A DNA stretch of 57,425 bases, taken from positions 1-57,425 of the forward strand of contig JAADCS010000008.1 in NCBI GenBank assembly GCA_013154295.1. Reading direction: 5' to 3'. Positions 57,213-57,425 of this stretch are shown here, in pieces; position 1 is the stretch's first letter, and every line of letters starts with the position of its first letter. The position numbers and the translations under genes are program-made. Source of the stretch: Thermotogota bacterium. Its GTDB lineage: Bacteria > Hydrothermota > Hydrothermia > LBFQ01. Under the pieces are notes generated by a model, which was not told where the DNA came from, did not search any database, and saw only the letters and a program-made list of their open reading frames with translations.

Positions 57213-57425
57213 TTACAAGAGTACGGGAGAGATGGATTTTGATAAACAGGAGTTGTGGATAAAATTCAACGTTTCAATATTTTTCTTATCTGGCGTCCCT
57301 TCTTGATGAAGAAAATTGATGAAGAAAACGCCTTCACGTATCTCCGAAGCATTTACCCTTCTGCCTGCAGCATCGTATATAACGATCTCTCCATCATCGC
57401 CTCTACTTATAATTTCCTCATCAAC
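57213..57425 (-). CDS. 3' end of a protein with a T9SS-like C-terminal domain, frameshifted by a 13-bp duplication (5' end outside the window)
   Basis: Manual translation gives VDEEIISRGDDGEIVIYDAAGRRVNASEIREGVFFI..., the same tail motif as the other two secreted enzymes. Confidence 0.7.
   Translation of the reverse strand, partial: VDEEIISRGDDGEIVIYDAAGRRVNASEIREGVFFINFLHQEGTPDKKNIETLNFIHNSCLSKSISPVLL
57303..57328. repeat. Perfect 13-bp tandem duplication (TTGATGAAGAAAA twice)
   Basis: Read directly at 57303-57315 and 57316-57328. Confidence 0.95.

Noticed and set aside
57254-57262. Perfect DnaA box (TTATCCACA, minus strand)
   Set aside because: A single box with no cluster and no dnaA/dnaN nearby is not enough to call oriC.

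Overview
This is a very compact, gene-dense housekeeping window from a diderm, probably thermophilic bacterium. KdsB, OmpA, proteins with T9SS-like C-terminal domains, a group II GGGP synthase and a GlmL-like ATPase suggest an FCB-related lineage such as WOR-3/Hydrothermae; that placement is inference only. The window holds the tRNA-Trp-rpmG-secE-nusG-rplKAJL-rpoBC cluster, three tRNAs (Cys, Trp, Lys), trpS, gltX, lysS, murG, murF, pyrG, ispG, ribH, scattered nuoA/nuoE/nuoN, and peptide/amino-acid catabolism genes. No integrase, transposase or cas gene is visible. The most unusual signals are: (1) a dispersed family of 36-nt CRISPR-like palindromic repeats with a shared leader and short 21-22 nt spacers in the large intergenic gaps; (2) a TAnnnT -10 hexamer 5-10 nt before about 30 start codons, often built from the upstream gene's stop codon; (3) all three tRNAs ending 2-3 nt before a start codon; (4) large, mutually similar insertions in RpoB and NusG, plus unusual RNAP active-site residues; (5) a 13-bp tandem duplication that frameshifts a T9SS-like sorting tail.
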